From contig CM000432.1 in the NCBI GenBank assembly GCA_000165345.1, forward strand, positions 928,001 through 992,000: a DNA stretch of 64,000 nt, read 5' to 3'. The position numbers were made by a program, and so were the translations under genes. Shown piece after piece: positions 20,120 through 30,640 of this stretch. Positions within the stretch are counted from its first letter, which is position 1. Each line of letters begins with the position of its first letter. Under the pieces are notes generated by a model. It ran no database searches and was not told the DNA's origin. It saw nothing but the letters and a program-made list of their open reading frames with translations.

Positions 20120-23100
20120 ATGAATAGAAGAATTTTTAAAGAAACAAAGTTATTTTGGATTTTAATTCCAATTATAATATGTATAATATCACTTTCAACG
20201 AATATTTTTGATATTAATTCAATTGAAAAGAATAACAAAATATTTAAACTATGGAATGGAATATTAGAGAATGGAGATAAATTTTTAACAATAAGAAAGC
20301 TGGTAGGATTATCAAGAAATAAAGAATATAATCATAAGAAATATCCAATATTACGCCCAAAATATAATATTAGAGAAAAAAACAAGGTAAAAAATTGGAA
20401 TGACTTAGGGGTAGTATTGCAAAGTAAATGGCCACAAGTACCGTTAGAAGCTTCATTGATAGAATTTCTATCAGAGTTTTACCTAGGAATAGGAAGTACA
20501 TTTGAAGACTTAGTGAGAGATTTAATTAATATAAATAACCACGAAGATGGAAATAAAATTATTACAGCAAGGTTAGCAAGTGAATTGGTTGATAATAATC
20601 TAGGGATCAAATTAATGGAGACTATGGTAATTAATAAATACTATTCTCCTAGAATTGAGTCAATTCGAACATTAGAAAGAAATCAAAGAAGTGTTTTTGG
20701 AATAATATGCAAAAAGGCTAGTTGGTTTATTGTTATATATCAAGAAGAGACTGTTGATACATTTTGTAATTCCAATGATCTTTATAATAGTGTAATAAAA
20801 GGGAGATCTAAAGGATTTGAGAATGTAGAAAAATATGATTTAAGCTTCTCAAAATTTGATTTAGCAAAAGAACATATAATTGAAAATACTTATATCAATA
20901 TAGAAGAAAACAATAAAGTGAAAAAAATTGATATTTACGCATATGTCGATTTTTCAGAAGATAATTCTATAGAAATTTTGAATAACTTATTGAATATTTG
21001 GGATATATTAAAAGATCAAGGTCATGTAAGAATAAAAATTAGACATTGTGATAATGCTGATCTGAATGGTGAGATTGAATATTTATCTGGATTTGGAGTT
21101 TCAGTGAATAAACTATCAGAAAAATCGAATTCAGTAAATAATTCAAGTTCAGCTAAAAATGATATTTTTCAAAATGAGTTTAAATTCTCCCAACATAATC
21201 ATGATGAATTGGAATATTCTCACAAGGATGAAGAGTATAAAAACTTGACCGCAATGTGCGATAAAGCTGTGAATATGGAAAATGTATTAAATTCTGATGG
21301 GGATTTATCTATTGAATGTATGAAAGATATTGGAGCATTTCTAGTATCATTATCCAAAAGATTTGAGGACCAATTAGGTGCAATGGTACATTATTTAGAG
21401 AATTTTGGGACTTATCAAGTAGCATTGTGTAATGGATTAAGAGAAAACACTACTTTATCGGGCTATAATCAATTGCATGATCGTGTTTCAGAAGGATCCA
21501 CATTCTTTACTCTTAATGGAAGATTATTTTCCCCAACCGAAACAAATTTTTTTAATTTGGTTACTTTATTAAAGAGTTTAATTTTCTCAAAAATCAGATT
21601 AATGAAAAATAAGATCGATGATGAAGTTGTTATTATAGATTCTTTATCAATAACCGGAGTAAATGAGAAGGAAGAACTAAATCTATTTATGGAAAGTATT
21701 AATGGCCAATTGAATGATTCAAGAATTAATAACAAGTATAATAATGTAATAAAAGATAAGGGGTTAAAAAACCTAATAGAGAGAGGAGAAGTTCTTGATT
21801 TTGGCTCAATACTTGAATTTGAGAAGGATTTAGAAGAAGATCCAACTTTAATGGACGATACAGATTGGCTTGGGAAAAGAGAATATGTATTATCAAGCTC
21901 ATCTCCATGGCTGAAGAATTCTCCAAGAACTGATTGGAGAGTATCAAATATTCTTCCTTTGAAATCACGTCATTTTTACAAGGATATTACTAATATTGGT
22001 GATTCTCAATGGGGTGTGACTCCTAGTATTTTTGAAAAGGTATGGTTTCATAGAAACATTACTGAAAATAATGAAGATCAAGAGGATATTATTAATGATC
22101 TTGAAGAAAATAACTCCACTGAAGCGAAGATTTTACAAGAAATTGAATATTCACCATGGATAATGTACAGGATATATTTTTCAAATCAGGTTAAAAATTC
22201 GAGATTAATTCAAGATTATCCAATATATGATATTATGAAGGAACCAGAAAATACACTGGGTCAGTATTTATATCCATTAGAGAGTTTGCCAGAATTATTT
22301 GAAAAATATCCTGAAAATGTAGGGATTTATCCAGTCAAGGCTACAATTCTCGAAATAATAATAATGTGTGATCCATTTGATATAGAATGTATTACAGTGA
22401 CCATTGAAATGATTAATAAGAAGTGGCCAATAAAGTTAAACTTGTTATTAATAGACCCAGAATGGGTTAATTCCAGAAAGCCGGATTATTCTAGACCATT
22501 TTCATACAAAAATGTGACTTCAGAAGATGATTTTGAAGCTAAGTTTAGAGATATTTATGAAACTCAGAGAGAAATAGAAATTAATAAGGAAGGAAATCAA
22601 ACATACTGTAATAAAAATTATGGAGAGGAAAATGTTCAGAATTGCCCAAAGTGGATGAATAAGAAAAGAGGATTAAATTCTAGGAGGATATTGGATTACT
22701 ATGAGAAATTTGACAATAATTCAAAAGGAGAATATGCCTTGAAATTGGCAATTTCAGAAGTTTTTGGATTCTTGGTTTCTTCTTCTACAATTCAAGGAAT
22801 GTTTCTTGCAAGAGGTTTTATTGAAATGGTTGCAAAGAATTTACCATTAATATTAGAAGAAGAATTTACTTTAAGTCAGTTTCAAGAGTTTTTGAGTAAA
22901 TTCTTTGCTCATTTTAGTATCAATGCAGAATTAACCAAAGTTTGGGAGATTATTTATTCCAATAATCCAAATGATATATCTTACGTGAATAAGGTGGTAT
23001 CGTATTGTAGACTTAAAGGATTCACAACTCCTGGAGCTTTAGTTAATGGTTACTTTGTGGAAATTACTGATTTAATATTGGAAGAAGTAATCTATGGAAT

Positions 23101-26100
23101 AGCTAAAAAAGAACAGAGAATTATTTTGGAAGGTGTTAAACAAGGTCAAATCACCAGTAGTGATGATATTTATCATTATATATTTAATAATACATTAACT
23201 GGAATTAATTCAGTACCTATTGTTTTTCCACCATTCACAAAGTCGATGAAGTTTGAGAATTGGCCATTTATTGGAATACAAAATGAATGGAAACATATTG
23301 AAAAAGAAATCAATTATAAGCTTCATGAAAAATATGATATTGATAATTTGAAAGAAAATAGTAAGAAAAATGAAAATAATTCAATTTCTTACAAAGAAGA
23401 TAAAAGTGAATATCAAATCACCATTTTGGAAGAAAATGATAATGAGGAAAGGATTTTATTTGATTTTGAAGAATTATCAAGTTTGGAATATTCAACATTA
23501 TGGGATATTAATCCTGAATTAAAGCAAAATATGGAAAGTATTGAAAATAAGAGTCAATCAACTCCATGGATTACATTTATTGTATTAGTAAGATCATCGA
23601 GAACAGGATTATTAGGACTTTTAACTTTGATTGATTATTGGATTTCTACATTATCTTATCAAGCATCTATGCATCTGAATCAGTATAATGAATTATTATA
23701 TAATAGAAGATTCAGATTAATGTTTATTCCACCAAATGAAGTTCAACATAATTCAGATTTCTCACTGATTTTAGAAAAATGTATTGATGATATCTTATAT
23801 TTGAAAAAATATAACAAGGAAGGAAGAAAGATTTCATCTTTTGTTCCAATTTTGGAAAAGTTAAGGTTTATTAAATGGTTTGTCAAAGTAATCTTAGAGA
23901 ATATGGATGATTATATGGATTCTAGTCATTCTAAAATTAAAAGTGAGTTATTTGGAGAAAGAATTATTGAGATTTATGAGTCCCTTTCTTTTAGCTTTTT
24001 TGGAAAGTCTGGAAATGGGAGATTTAACGAAGAGAATTTAGAAGATATTTATTTAATTGAGTCTCAGAATAGAGTCAAAAACAAGTTGGTAAGTAAATTC
24101 TCATCTAGAAAAGAAAAAGAGGTAATATCTTTTCCATATTCTTCAGTGGGAAATGCTAAGTTAAAGGGTTTTCCAAAGTATACAAATTATAATTTAAATA
24201 AAGAAAAGTCTGATCCAAATTATGGAAGAGGAAGTTTCCAAGATACTGAATTATCAAATAAGGATTGTTTTGAAACTTTCACAATGGGAATTGTTATAAA
24301 TGGTGTCTATTTAAGAATTTGTCCAAATACATATCCTGTTTATTTGAGAAATGATATTAAAGTAAATTATTGGTCTTCTCCAATTCATTCTGTACATTTT
24401 AAACTATTGGAAACTGCAGTAACGAATAGAATGAGGCATTTGGTTTTATTTGGAGAGTTTAAGAGGACAGGAAAAAAGGAAGATCTTCTTTATAGAAGAA
24501 AATGGTCAAATATGGATCCAAACCAATTTTTTATGTTATTTAGTGAGCATTTACATGTTTCAAATTTATTCAAATCTGAATCTTTAATACAATTGGACGA
24601 CATTTTTGCTTCTTCAAGTTCACTTATTAAGCTTCATTTACCGACTGTTAATACAGGGAAAAGTTCAAATTTTAAAAATAATGCTTTGATTGGATTAGTG
24701 GCTGTAGTGAATCCCATTACACCTTATAGTACCAATATATTGAGATTATTTGATATTTTACATCAATTATTGGAAGCCGATGTAAAGCTGGTGTATAATC
24801 CTGTGATAAGTTATCAGAATATTAATGAGATTAATTTGATTGATACGTGGAGAAGGTATGTTTTTAATTATCCAAAGCTCAAATCATATAGGAAAGATAC
24901 TCCATATCAAGTAGTGACAAGCTTAAAGGAGCTAATGTATTCCAAAGGAGATCCAAGTGAATTTAAGATAGGTAAAGATGATTTATACTATTATAATTCT
25001 CAATTCATTGCAAAGTTCGATATACAAACAGAAAAGAGACTCAATATTAATATAGAAAAAAGTAATGATTGGAGTATAAGTTACTTAAAAACTATTTTTC
25101 GTCAATCAACAATTAGTAAAGAAAATGATTATTTTATTGTACCTGGTAATATTTCCAATGCAAAAGGAGAGTTATTGGTTTATGAACTTAAAGGTAAAGA
25201 GTTTGAAGCAACATTAATAGATAAATTGTCATCAGAAGTTGGGAATCTCAAGAATAATATAAAAGAAATTCAATTAATATTGCCATCAAGTAATTTCAAA
25301 TTTGAAATTGAATCTAAAAAAGTGTCACCAATACAAAAGATTTATTCAATAACTGATTTTAATAGTTTCTTTGGTTATCTTGGGATTGGAACTAATGATT
25401 TGGTACTAACTTTTGGTAGTGATATTAATAATAATACTACTAAGAAAGAAAATTTATCTATGAGTTTTCCAATTCAAGTATTTAATCAGAGATTATTTGA
25501 AACCAATCAATTTGTTGTACACCTTTCAAAATTATCAAAGATAAATAAAGAAAAAGTAAATTATGTAGAATTTAAAGAAAATTCAAGAAGATTATTTAGA
25601 GAGTTACATATTTTCTGTTTATCAACTCATATATTGAAAAAAGATGTTGAAGGAGATATAATAGATAAATTAATTGATCTAATTGATAAAGGATTTACAG
25701 GAAAAGCTGGAAATTACTATAATAAATTTATTATTTATTTTGATAGTAAAGATATTAGTCAAACAATAAGAGATTATTTCAACTACAAGTTATTTTGGAA
25801 ATATTATATAAATATAGAATATTTGGAAATTACAAGACCAAAATGGATACCTAGATTATCAAGTCAAAATAATAATTCAATGATGGATATTTTATTAACA
25901 TTAGAACATTGGATACCAACAAGAGTTAATAAATTGTTATTATTGGATCCATTTTTGTTGAATAGTAATACTTTTGATTTGGATGATTATTTTGGTCTAG
26001 TAAGTACAAATAAGACAATAAGTAATAATAAGATAAAAATAGGAGATTCAGCAATGACATTTATTAAAAAAAATGATAAAAGTGGATCAATAAGTACAAA

Positions 26101-26326
26101 AATGGGATTAATTTTGGTGAATAATTACAAGAAAATTGGGAGTTATTTAAAAAGAGCTTATTTTGAAATGTATTATGATTTTGAAGTTAGTAAGAAATTA
26201 AGACAAAATGAAGAAAATAATCAAAGTATGATGGATTTATTTATTTCTTATTTGAGAAGTAATAAAGAACTCAAGATTGAAGATGATACATATGAAAAAG
26301 ATCAAAACAAAATCCCAATTACTTAA
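20120..26326 (+). CDS. UDP-glucose:glycoprotein glucosyltransferase (UGGT)-like ER protein, 2068 aa, with divergent C-terminal GT8-like domain
   Basis: ATG confirmed. N-terminal signal/TM (LFWILIPIIICIISLS). N-terminal block EASLIEFLSEFY resembles UGGT EASEFL. IEYLSGFGVSVNKLSEK resembles UGGT VYLSGYGVELAIKSTEY. C-terminal block ITRPKWIPRL...LLTLEHWIPTRVNKLLLLDPFLL resembles the GT8 region YKWPRWL...FLDVLFPLVVDKFLFVDADQIV. The canonical DAD appears replaced by DPF and there is no HDEL-like terminus. These are by-eye alignments. Confidence 0.5.
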   Translation: MNRRIFKETKLFWILIPIIICIISLSTNIFDINSIEKNNKIFKLWNGILENGDKFLTIRKLVGLSRNKEYNHKKYPILRPKYNIREKNKVKNWNDLGVVLQSKWPQVPLEASLIEFLSEFYLGIGSTFEDLVRDLININNHEDGNKIITARLASELVDNNLGIKLMETMVINKYYSPRIESIRTLERNQRSVFGIICKKASWFIVIYQEETVDTFCNSNDLYNSVIKGRSKGFENVEKYDLSFSKFDLAKEHIIENTYINIEENNKVKKIDIYAYVDFSEDNSIEILNNLLNIWDILKDQGHVRIKIRHCDNADLNGEIEYLSGFGVSVNKLSEKSNSVNNSSSAKNDIFQNEFKFSQHNHDELEYSHKDEEYKNLTAMCDKAVNMENVLNSDGDLSIECMKDIGAFLVSLSKRFEDQLGAMVHYLENFGTYQVALCNGLRENTTLSGYNQLHDRVSEGSTFFTLNGRLFSPTETNFFNLVTLLKSLIFSKIRLMKNKIDDEVVIIDSLSITGVNEKEELNLFMESINGQLNDSRINNKYNNVIKDKGLKNLIERGEVLDFGSILEFEKDLEEDPTLMDDTDWLGKREYVLSSSSPWLKNSPRTDWRVSNILPLKSRHFYKDITNIGDSQWGVTPSIFEKVWFHRNITENNEDQEDIINDLEENNSTEAKILQEIEYSPWIMYRIYFSNQVKNSRLIQDYPIYDIMKEPENTLGQYLYPLESLPELFEKYPENVGIYPVKATILEIIIMCDPFDIECITVTIEMINKKWPIKLNLLLIDPEWVNSRKPDYSRPFSYKNVTSEDDFEAKFRDIYETQREIEINKEGNQTYCNKNYGEENVQNCPKWMNKKRGLNSRRILDYYEKFDNNSKGEYALKLAISEVFGFLVSSSTIQGMFLARGFIEMVAKNLPLILEEEFTLSQFQEFLSKFFAHFSINAELTKVWEIIYSNNPNDISYVNKVVSYCRLKGFTTPGALVNGYFVEITDLILEEVIYGIAKKEQRIILEGVKQGQITSSDDIYHYIFNNTLTGINSVPIVFPPFTKSMKFENWPFIGIQNEWKHIEKEINYKLHEKYDIDNLKENSKKNENNSISYKEDKSEYQITILEENDNEERILFDFEELSSLEYSTLWDINPELKQNMESIENKSQSTPWITFIVLVRSSRTGLLGLLTLIDYWISTLSYQASMHLNQYNELLYNRRFRLMFIPPNEVQHNSDFSLILEKCIDDILYLKKYNKEGRKISSFVPILEKLRFIKWFVKVILENMDDYMDSSHSKIKSELFGERIIEIYESLSFSFFGKSGNGRFNEENLEDIYLIESQNRVKNKLVSKFSSRKEKEVISFPYSSVGNAKLKGFPKYTNYNLNKEKSDPNYGRGSFQDTELSNKDCFETFTMGIVINGVYLRICPNTYPVYLRNDIKVNYWSSPIHSVHFKLLETAVTNRMRHLVLFGEFKRTGKKEDLLYRRKWSNMDPNQFFMLFSEHLHVSNLFKSESLIQLDDIFASSSSLIKLHLPTVNTGKSSNFKNNALIGLVAVVNPITPYSTNILRLFDILHQLLEADVKLVYNPVISYQNINEINLIDTWRRYVFNYPKLKSYRKDTPYQVVTSLKELMYSKGDPSEFKIGKDDLYYYNSQFIAKFDIQTEKRLNINIEKSNDWSISYLKTIFRQSTISKENDYFIVPGNISNAKGELLVYELKGKEFEATLIDKLSSEVGNLKNNIKEIQLILPSSNFKFEIESKKVSPIQKIYSITDFNSFFGYLGIGTNDLVLTFGSDINNNTTKKENLSMSFPIQVFNQRLFETNQFVVHLSKLSKINKEKVNYVEFKENSRRLFRELHIFCLSTHILKKDVEGDIIDKLIDLIDKGFTGKAGNYYNKFIIYFDSKDISQTIRDYFNYKLFWKYYINIEYLEITRPKWIPRLSSQNNNSMMDILLTLEHWIPTRVNKLLLLDPFLLNSNTFDLDDYFGLVSTNKTISNNKIKIGDSAMTFIKKNDKSGSISTKMGLILVNNYKKIGSYLKRAYFEMYYDFEVSKKLRQNEENNQSMMDLFISYLRSNKELKIEDDTYEKDQNKIPIT

Positions 26327-26374
26327 TAATACTTACTTATTATGATTTGAATTTTATTTTCCTAAGATACAATT

Positions 26375-27583
26375 TTAGCTAAGCTTACCATGAATAAGAT
26401 TCTTGTTTTCAACGAAAACAGGACCTGCAGAAGTCATCATTGTAGATTCTTTAAATCTACAAAGTAAATCACTACTAACATTATAATTTGGTTGAACAGC
26501 AGCAAATGGATCTTTTCCTGTTTTTGTATTTAAAACAACATCAGGTTCTCCTTTAAAGTCATTATAGAAAATAAGTTCTCCAACTTTAGCATCTTTTGGA
26601 ACAGAAACAGGCTCACAATATTCTTTGGATGATTGATTTTGACTATTATTATTATTATTATCTCCAGAAGGAGCACTACTGGCACATAAAAGCATTCCAT
26701 TAGATGTAATACCTCTCATTGCTCTTGGTTTTAAGTTTGAAACAATGACAACAAGTTTATTAATTTTCTGAGTTAGATCATAAACTCCAACAAGTCCTGA
26801 TAAAATAGTACGTGGCTCATCTTCTCCAACATCAATTTTTTCAAGATAAAGTTTATCAGCAGTGGGATGTTTCTCAACAGAAAGAATTCTACCAACTCTA
26901 AGAGCAATTCTAGTTGGATCGTCAAGTGGTCTTTCTTCTTGTTTATTATTATTACTATTATTTCCATGTTCGCCAGTATTCTTTTTTTCTTTCTTTACAA
27001 GTTTCTTCTTAAAGAATGGTAAATCTAAATAATTAATACCTTCAGGACAAGATTGTCTTATTAGAGTAACAATTTGTATTTGTTCAAAGAATGTTGAAAG
27101 ATTTGGATATTCTGGAATATAGTCTTGATTTTGATCTTTGAGAGATTCAAAATAAGAGTACAATGATATATAAATAACAAGATCTACAATGGTTAAACTT
27201 CTTCCTAGAAAGAAACTTTTACCTTTAATCATTTCATTAAATTCAGACATTTCAGTTCCTTTAGAGAAGTTAAAGTTAATTTTGATAAGTTTCTCAATGA
27301 TTTCTTTGGATTCATTAATTAAACTAGAATCTTTTCCTAAAAGATTTTTACCAAAAGATCCAAGATAAATTAATATATCAACAATACTTTCTAATTGATC
27401 ATTGCAATTCTCTTTATCTTTAATTAAAACAACTTGGTTAATATTTTTTTCATTTGTTGAATTTTCATCAATTATTGACTCTTCAATTTTTAGCTCAGTA
27501 TTTTGTTTAAGTAAATAGTTTACAAGTAAAGATACAACTTTTCCTATATTACTAGTTTTTGAGTACTTTACTAGAATCACCAT
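26375..27583 (-). CDS. Arc1p/AIMP1/tRip-like tRNA-binding protein (N-terminal GST-like fold plus C-terminal EMAP-II/Myf tRNA-binding domain)
   Basis: ATG confirmed. The C-terminal domain RVGRILSVEKHPTADKLYLEKIDVGEDEPRTILSGLVGVYDLTQKINKLVVIVSNLKPRAMRGITSNGMLLCAS is the EMAP-II-type OB-fold tRNA-binding signature. The N-terminal part has GST-C-like character. This architecture equals yeast Arc1p and the Plasmodium tRNA import protein tRip. Confidence 0.7.
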   Translation of the reverse strand: MVILVKYSKTSNIGKVVSLLVNYLLKQNTELKIEESIIDENSTNEKNINQVVLIKDKENCNDQLESIVDILIYLGSFGKNLLGKDSSLINESKEIIEKLIKINFNFSKGTEMSEFNEMIKGKSFFLGRSLTIVDLVIYISLYSYFESLKDQNQDYIPEYPNLSTFFEQIQIVTLIRQSCPEGINYLDLPFFKKKLVKKEKKNTGEHGNNSNNNKQEERPLDDPTRIALRVGRILSVEKHPTADKLYLEKIDVGEDEPRTILSGLVGVYDLTQKINKLVVIVSNLKPRAMRGITSNGMLLCASSAPSGDNNNNNSQNQSSKEYCEPVSVPKDAKVGELIFYNDFKGEPDVVLNTKTGKDPFAAVQPNYNVSSDLLCRFKESTMMTSAGPVFVENKNLIHGKLS

Positions 27584-27692
27584 TATTTTTTTTTCTCTCT
27601 CTCTCTCTTATAAATGTAAAATTTAGTCTTTAAATTCGATTAGAATTTCTTTATTTAAGTAATTATTTTATAATTTATAAAAAAATTTGTGT

Positions 27693-27704
27693 TTTGGCGC
27701 CACA
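27693..27704. promoter_or_regulatory. Palindromic E2F-type site TTTTGGCGCCAC in the bidirectional intergenic region between the Arc1p-like and Vti1-like genes
   Basis: Read directly. Also flanked by the ACCGGT..ACCGGT pair at about 27750..27790 and a T19 tract. Confidence 0.45.
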
Positions 27705-28182
27705 TTTTTTTTAATCAAAAAAAAAGTACCGATAATTTTTTCTATACCGGTTACACGTAATTAAGTTATAAACCGGTATTTTTTTTTTTTTTTTTAATTT
27801 AAACAAAAATAAAAATTTGAAATTATGATATAATTGAACAATTATTAAATAAATCAATATATTCTGAAGATTAGCACTAATAAAATATTTTGAATTTAAC
27901 ATTTAAATAGTAAATGAAAGTACAAATTCAATAAACTTAGAACCCAAAGGAATATACAAAAACTCCGCCCCACACTATCATCTTTTGGATCTATTAACAA
28001 TATTAAACATAAATTGAATTAATTATTTTTGTGTGTATTGATAAAGAGATATTTTTTCTTTGTTATTATTATTATTTAATACATAAACAAAAAAAAAAAA
28101 AAGAAAAAGAAAGTGCATAAAAAAGAATTCAGAGTTGAAATTAAATATAATATAACAAACATTAACATTTTACTAATAAATT

Positions 28183-28893
28183 ATGTCTTCATTTATTCCA
28201 GGTATAAGAAAAGAACATTTGGAGGAAAGTTTGGAAGATTCAGTTGAAAATTCAATAGAAGATGACTTATTGAGTGAATATTTTCAAGAATTGTCATCTT
28301 TGATTGAAGAATTAAAACAAGGAAAAGAAATATTTCAACAAAATAAGGCAAAATATACAGAACAAGAAAAAGCAAAGTATCAAGCATTAATACTTTCATC
28401 TCAAAAATTACTGGAAATTATTTACTTTGAAATTCATTTTAGTGAATCAAATACAAGAAATTATCAAGATTTTCAGAATTATATCAAATATAAAGAGAAT
28501 CTTTCAAAATTATATCAAGATTTCTCCAAATTTGTAGTTTTTGTTGAATCTGATAATAAAAATGAAGAAATCTTAATTTCAAATTCATCATCAAAAGAAG
28601 ATACTAATTTTGATTCATCCTTAAACAATAATGATTTATTATTAGAAAAAAATAAAGAATATATCTTTGAAGAAAATATCAAAGAAAAAACTTCAAAAGA
28701 TTATTATTTACTTCAAAGTAAAAGATTATTAGAAGAAACAAATCAATATAGTCAACAAATACTTTTAAATCTAAATACACAAAAAGAACAATTAATAAGT
28801 ACCGATAATAAAATGGGTAATATATCAAAAAGTTTACAAGATTCATCATTATTAATAGACAAAATGACAAGATGGTGGCATCAACTTATCTAA
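28183..28893 (+). CDS. Vti1-like Qb-SNARE (coiled-coil protein, no transmembrane anchor detected)
   Basis: ATG confirmed. The C-terminal heptad segment QILLNLNTQKEQLISTDNKMGNISKSLQDSSLLIDKMTRW aligns with the Vti1 SNARE motif ILTDLHGQREQLERTRSRLVNTDENLSKSRKILRSM. The ORF stops (HQLI*) exactly where the TM helix would begin. Confidence 0.5.
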   Translation: MSSFIPGIRKEHLEESLEDSVENSIEDDLLSEYFQELSSLIEELKQGKEIFQQNKAKYTEQEKAKYQALILSSQKLLEIIYFEIHFSESNTRNYQDFQNYIKYKENLSKLYQDFSKFVVFVESDNKNEEILISNSSSKEDTNFDSSLNNNDLLLEKNKEYIFEENIKEKTSKDYYLLQSKRLLEETNQYSQQILLNLNTQKEQLISTDNKMGNISKSLQDSSLLIDKMTRWWHQLI

Positions 28894-28899
28894 TTATTA

Positions 28900-30181
28900 T
28901 TAAATGTTAAAATAAGGATGAAATGAAGAAGGAAATTCATCCATATCCTCAAATCTACTGATTACTATATATCTCTTTAATAAATGAGAAGAAGAAAACT
29001 CTTGAAATTTTGAATTATTGAAAATATTATTTATCATACTACTTTTTTGTATTTCTTTCTCTATATTAATTTCATCTTGATCCTGATCTGCATCTTCATC
29101 TTTAAATCCATTATTACTTGTATTAAAATTTGTATTCAATTCTAAATTCTTATATTTTATATAAATTTTTTGTATTATATATTCCGATACCTTTAGATCA
29201 CGAGACATATTTAATAAGGTATCGATTTCATTAATATTCATTAAAATTTCTTTTGATCTGTTTCTAACAAATTCAAGAATATGAGTATTTAAATTAAATT
29301 TCTCAAATTTATAATCTTTGAAAATTATACATAATAAAGATAAAGCAATTTTATAAACTGTAATGTTAAAATTCTTGCTTGGATCATGAATTATTATATT
29401 ATCTAAAATTAGTATTGAATTTATTGCATATTCTGTATCAGCAATATCATAAGTAAATAATGTAAGAAACCATTGTATTGCAAAAAGTTCTGAAGTTATT
29501 TCTATTTCATTTTCTTTATTATTAAAAATATTATCATATATTTCTGGTAGATATTCTTTAATTAGTTCATTAAATACAAAACACATTTCTCTAAGTTTAA
29601 TTAAACCTTTATTATATATTTCTTGATATTCCCAATTTATTAATATTGACATTACTGATGAATAAACTTGTTCAACATTAAAATCTAAAGCATATAAAAA
29701 GATTCCAACCAAATAATTCATTCCTTGACAGTAACCAACATTAGGTAATGCATAAGAAATCTTGAAAAGTATTTCAATCATTTTATTTTGATTTTCATTT
29801 ATTTGAAATTCTTTTAATTTAGGAAAAGTTCTTGATATATCTCTTAATATTTCATCGTGATTATTTAACATTGTATCTAATTCACTTTCATATGATAATA
29901 CAAAATCATTTTTACTTTCTTTTTTTAATCTTATTTCTTCAATCTTCTTATTATCTTCAATACAAAGTTCATATTTATCTTCACCAATAAGTATACATTT
30001 CCATATCCATTTTCTTTGATTTTTATTGAATTTATTTAATTGTATTGGATATCTTTCTTGTAGAGTTTTAATAGAGTTAGCTTCAGCAAGCCATAATTTA
30101 CATACTAAAGAGGCTTCTTTTATATCATCTTCATCTAAGAATGTAAACAAACCAGAATTTAATACTGATCTACAATTTTTA
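28900..30181 (-). CDS. TBC-domain Rab GTPase-activating protein, exon 2 (3' exon)
   Basis: TBC catalytic signatures: arginine finger IxxDxxR (EILRDISRTFP) and glutamine finger YxQ (GYCQGMNYLVGIFLYAL). The ORF-track start at 30150 is a TTG, not ATG. The frame stays open upstream to the acceptor AG at 30183..30182. Confidence 0.75.
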
Positions 30182-30247
30182 CTAAATATTTTATTAATTA
30201 TTTAAAATAAAATTATTATTATTATTTTTTTTCATTTTATTACTTAC
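30182..30247 (-). other. Intron (66 nt) of the TBC RabGAP gene, GTAAGT donor and TATTTAG acceptor
   Basis: The minus strand reads ...AATAATAG|GTAAGTAATAAAATG...AATATTTAG|TAAAAATTGTAGA. Splicing joins exon 1 (phase 2) to exon 2 in frame. Total CDS 1491 nt, divisible by 3. Intron is about 95% AT. Confidence 0.6.
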
Positions 30248-30456
30248 CTATTATTATGATTCACTAATAACTTTCTTATAAATCCATCTTTTAATTGATT
30301 GTTCATATTGTTATATCCATTATTTTTACCTTTTTCAATATTTACTAGATTAGTTTTTTCATTTGGTTCATTTTCTTTGATTTTCAATTCTAATTCTGCC
30401 AAACATAACTTGTCAACATTTTTAAAATTCTTGTCTTTTTTTCTTTTTCTAATCAT
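30248..30456 (-). CDS. TBC-domain RabGAP, exon 1 (MIRKRKKDKNFKNVDKLCLAELELKIK...VNHNN|)
   Basis: First true ATG at 30456..30454; the ORF-track M at 30459 is GTG. The exon ends phase 2 at the GTAAGT donor. The junction gives ...NHNNSKNCRSVLNSGLFTFLDEDDIKEASLVCKLW, an F-box-like motif. Confidence 0.55.
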
Positions 30457-30510
30457 CACAATAAAATAATTTTTAAATATTTTAATATCTTAATAATATA
30501 TTTACGCGAA

Positions 30511-30527
30511 TGCATGCATGCATGCAT
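30511..30527. promoter_or_regulatory. Tandem GCATGC repeats (tgcatgcatgcatgcat) immediately upstream of the TBC gene start
   Basis: Read directly, 55-70 bp upstream of the ATG at 30456. GCATGC is a known over-represented upstream element in Cryptosporidium. Confidence 0.45.
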
Positions 30528-30571
30528 ATATGTATTACTAATAAAACAGAGATATAGATAATTAATTACAA

Positions 30572-30640
<69 letters not shown>

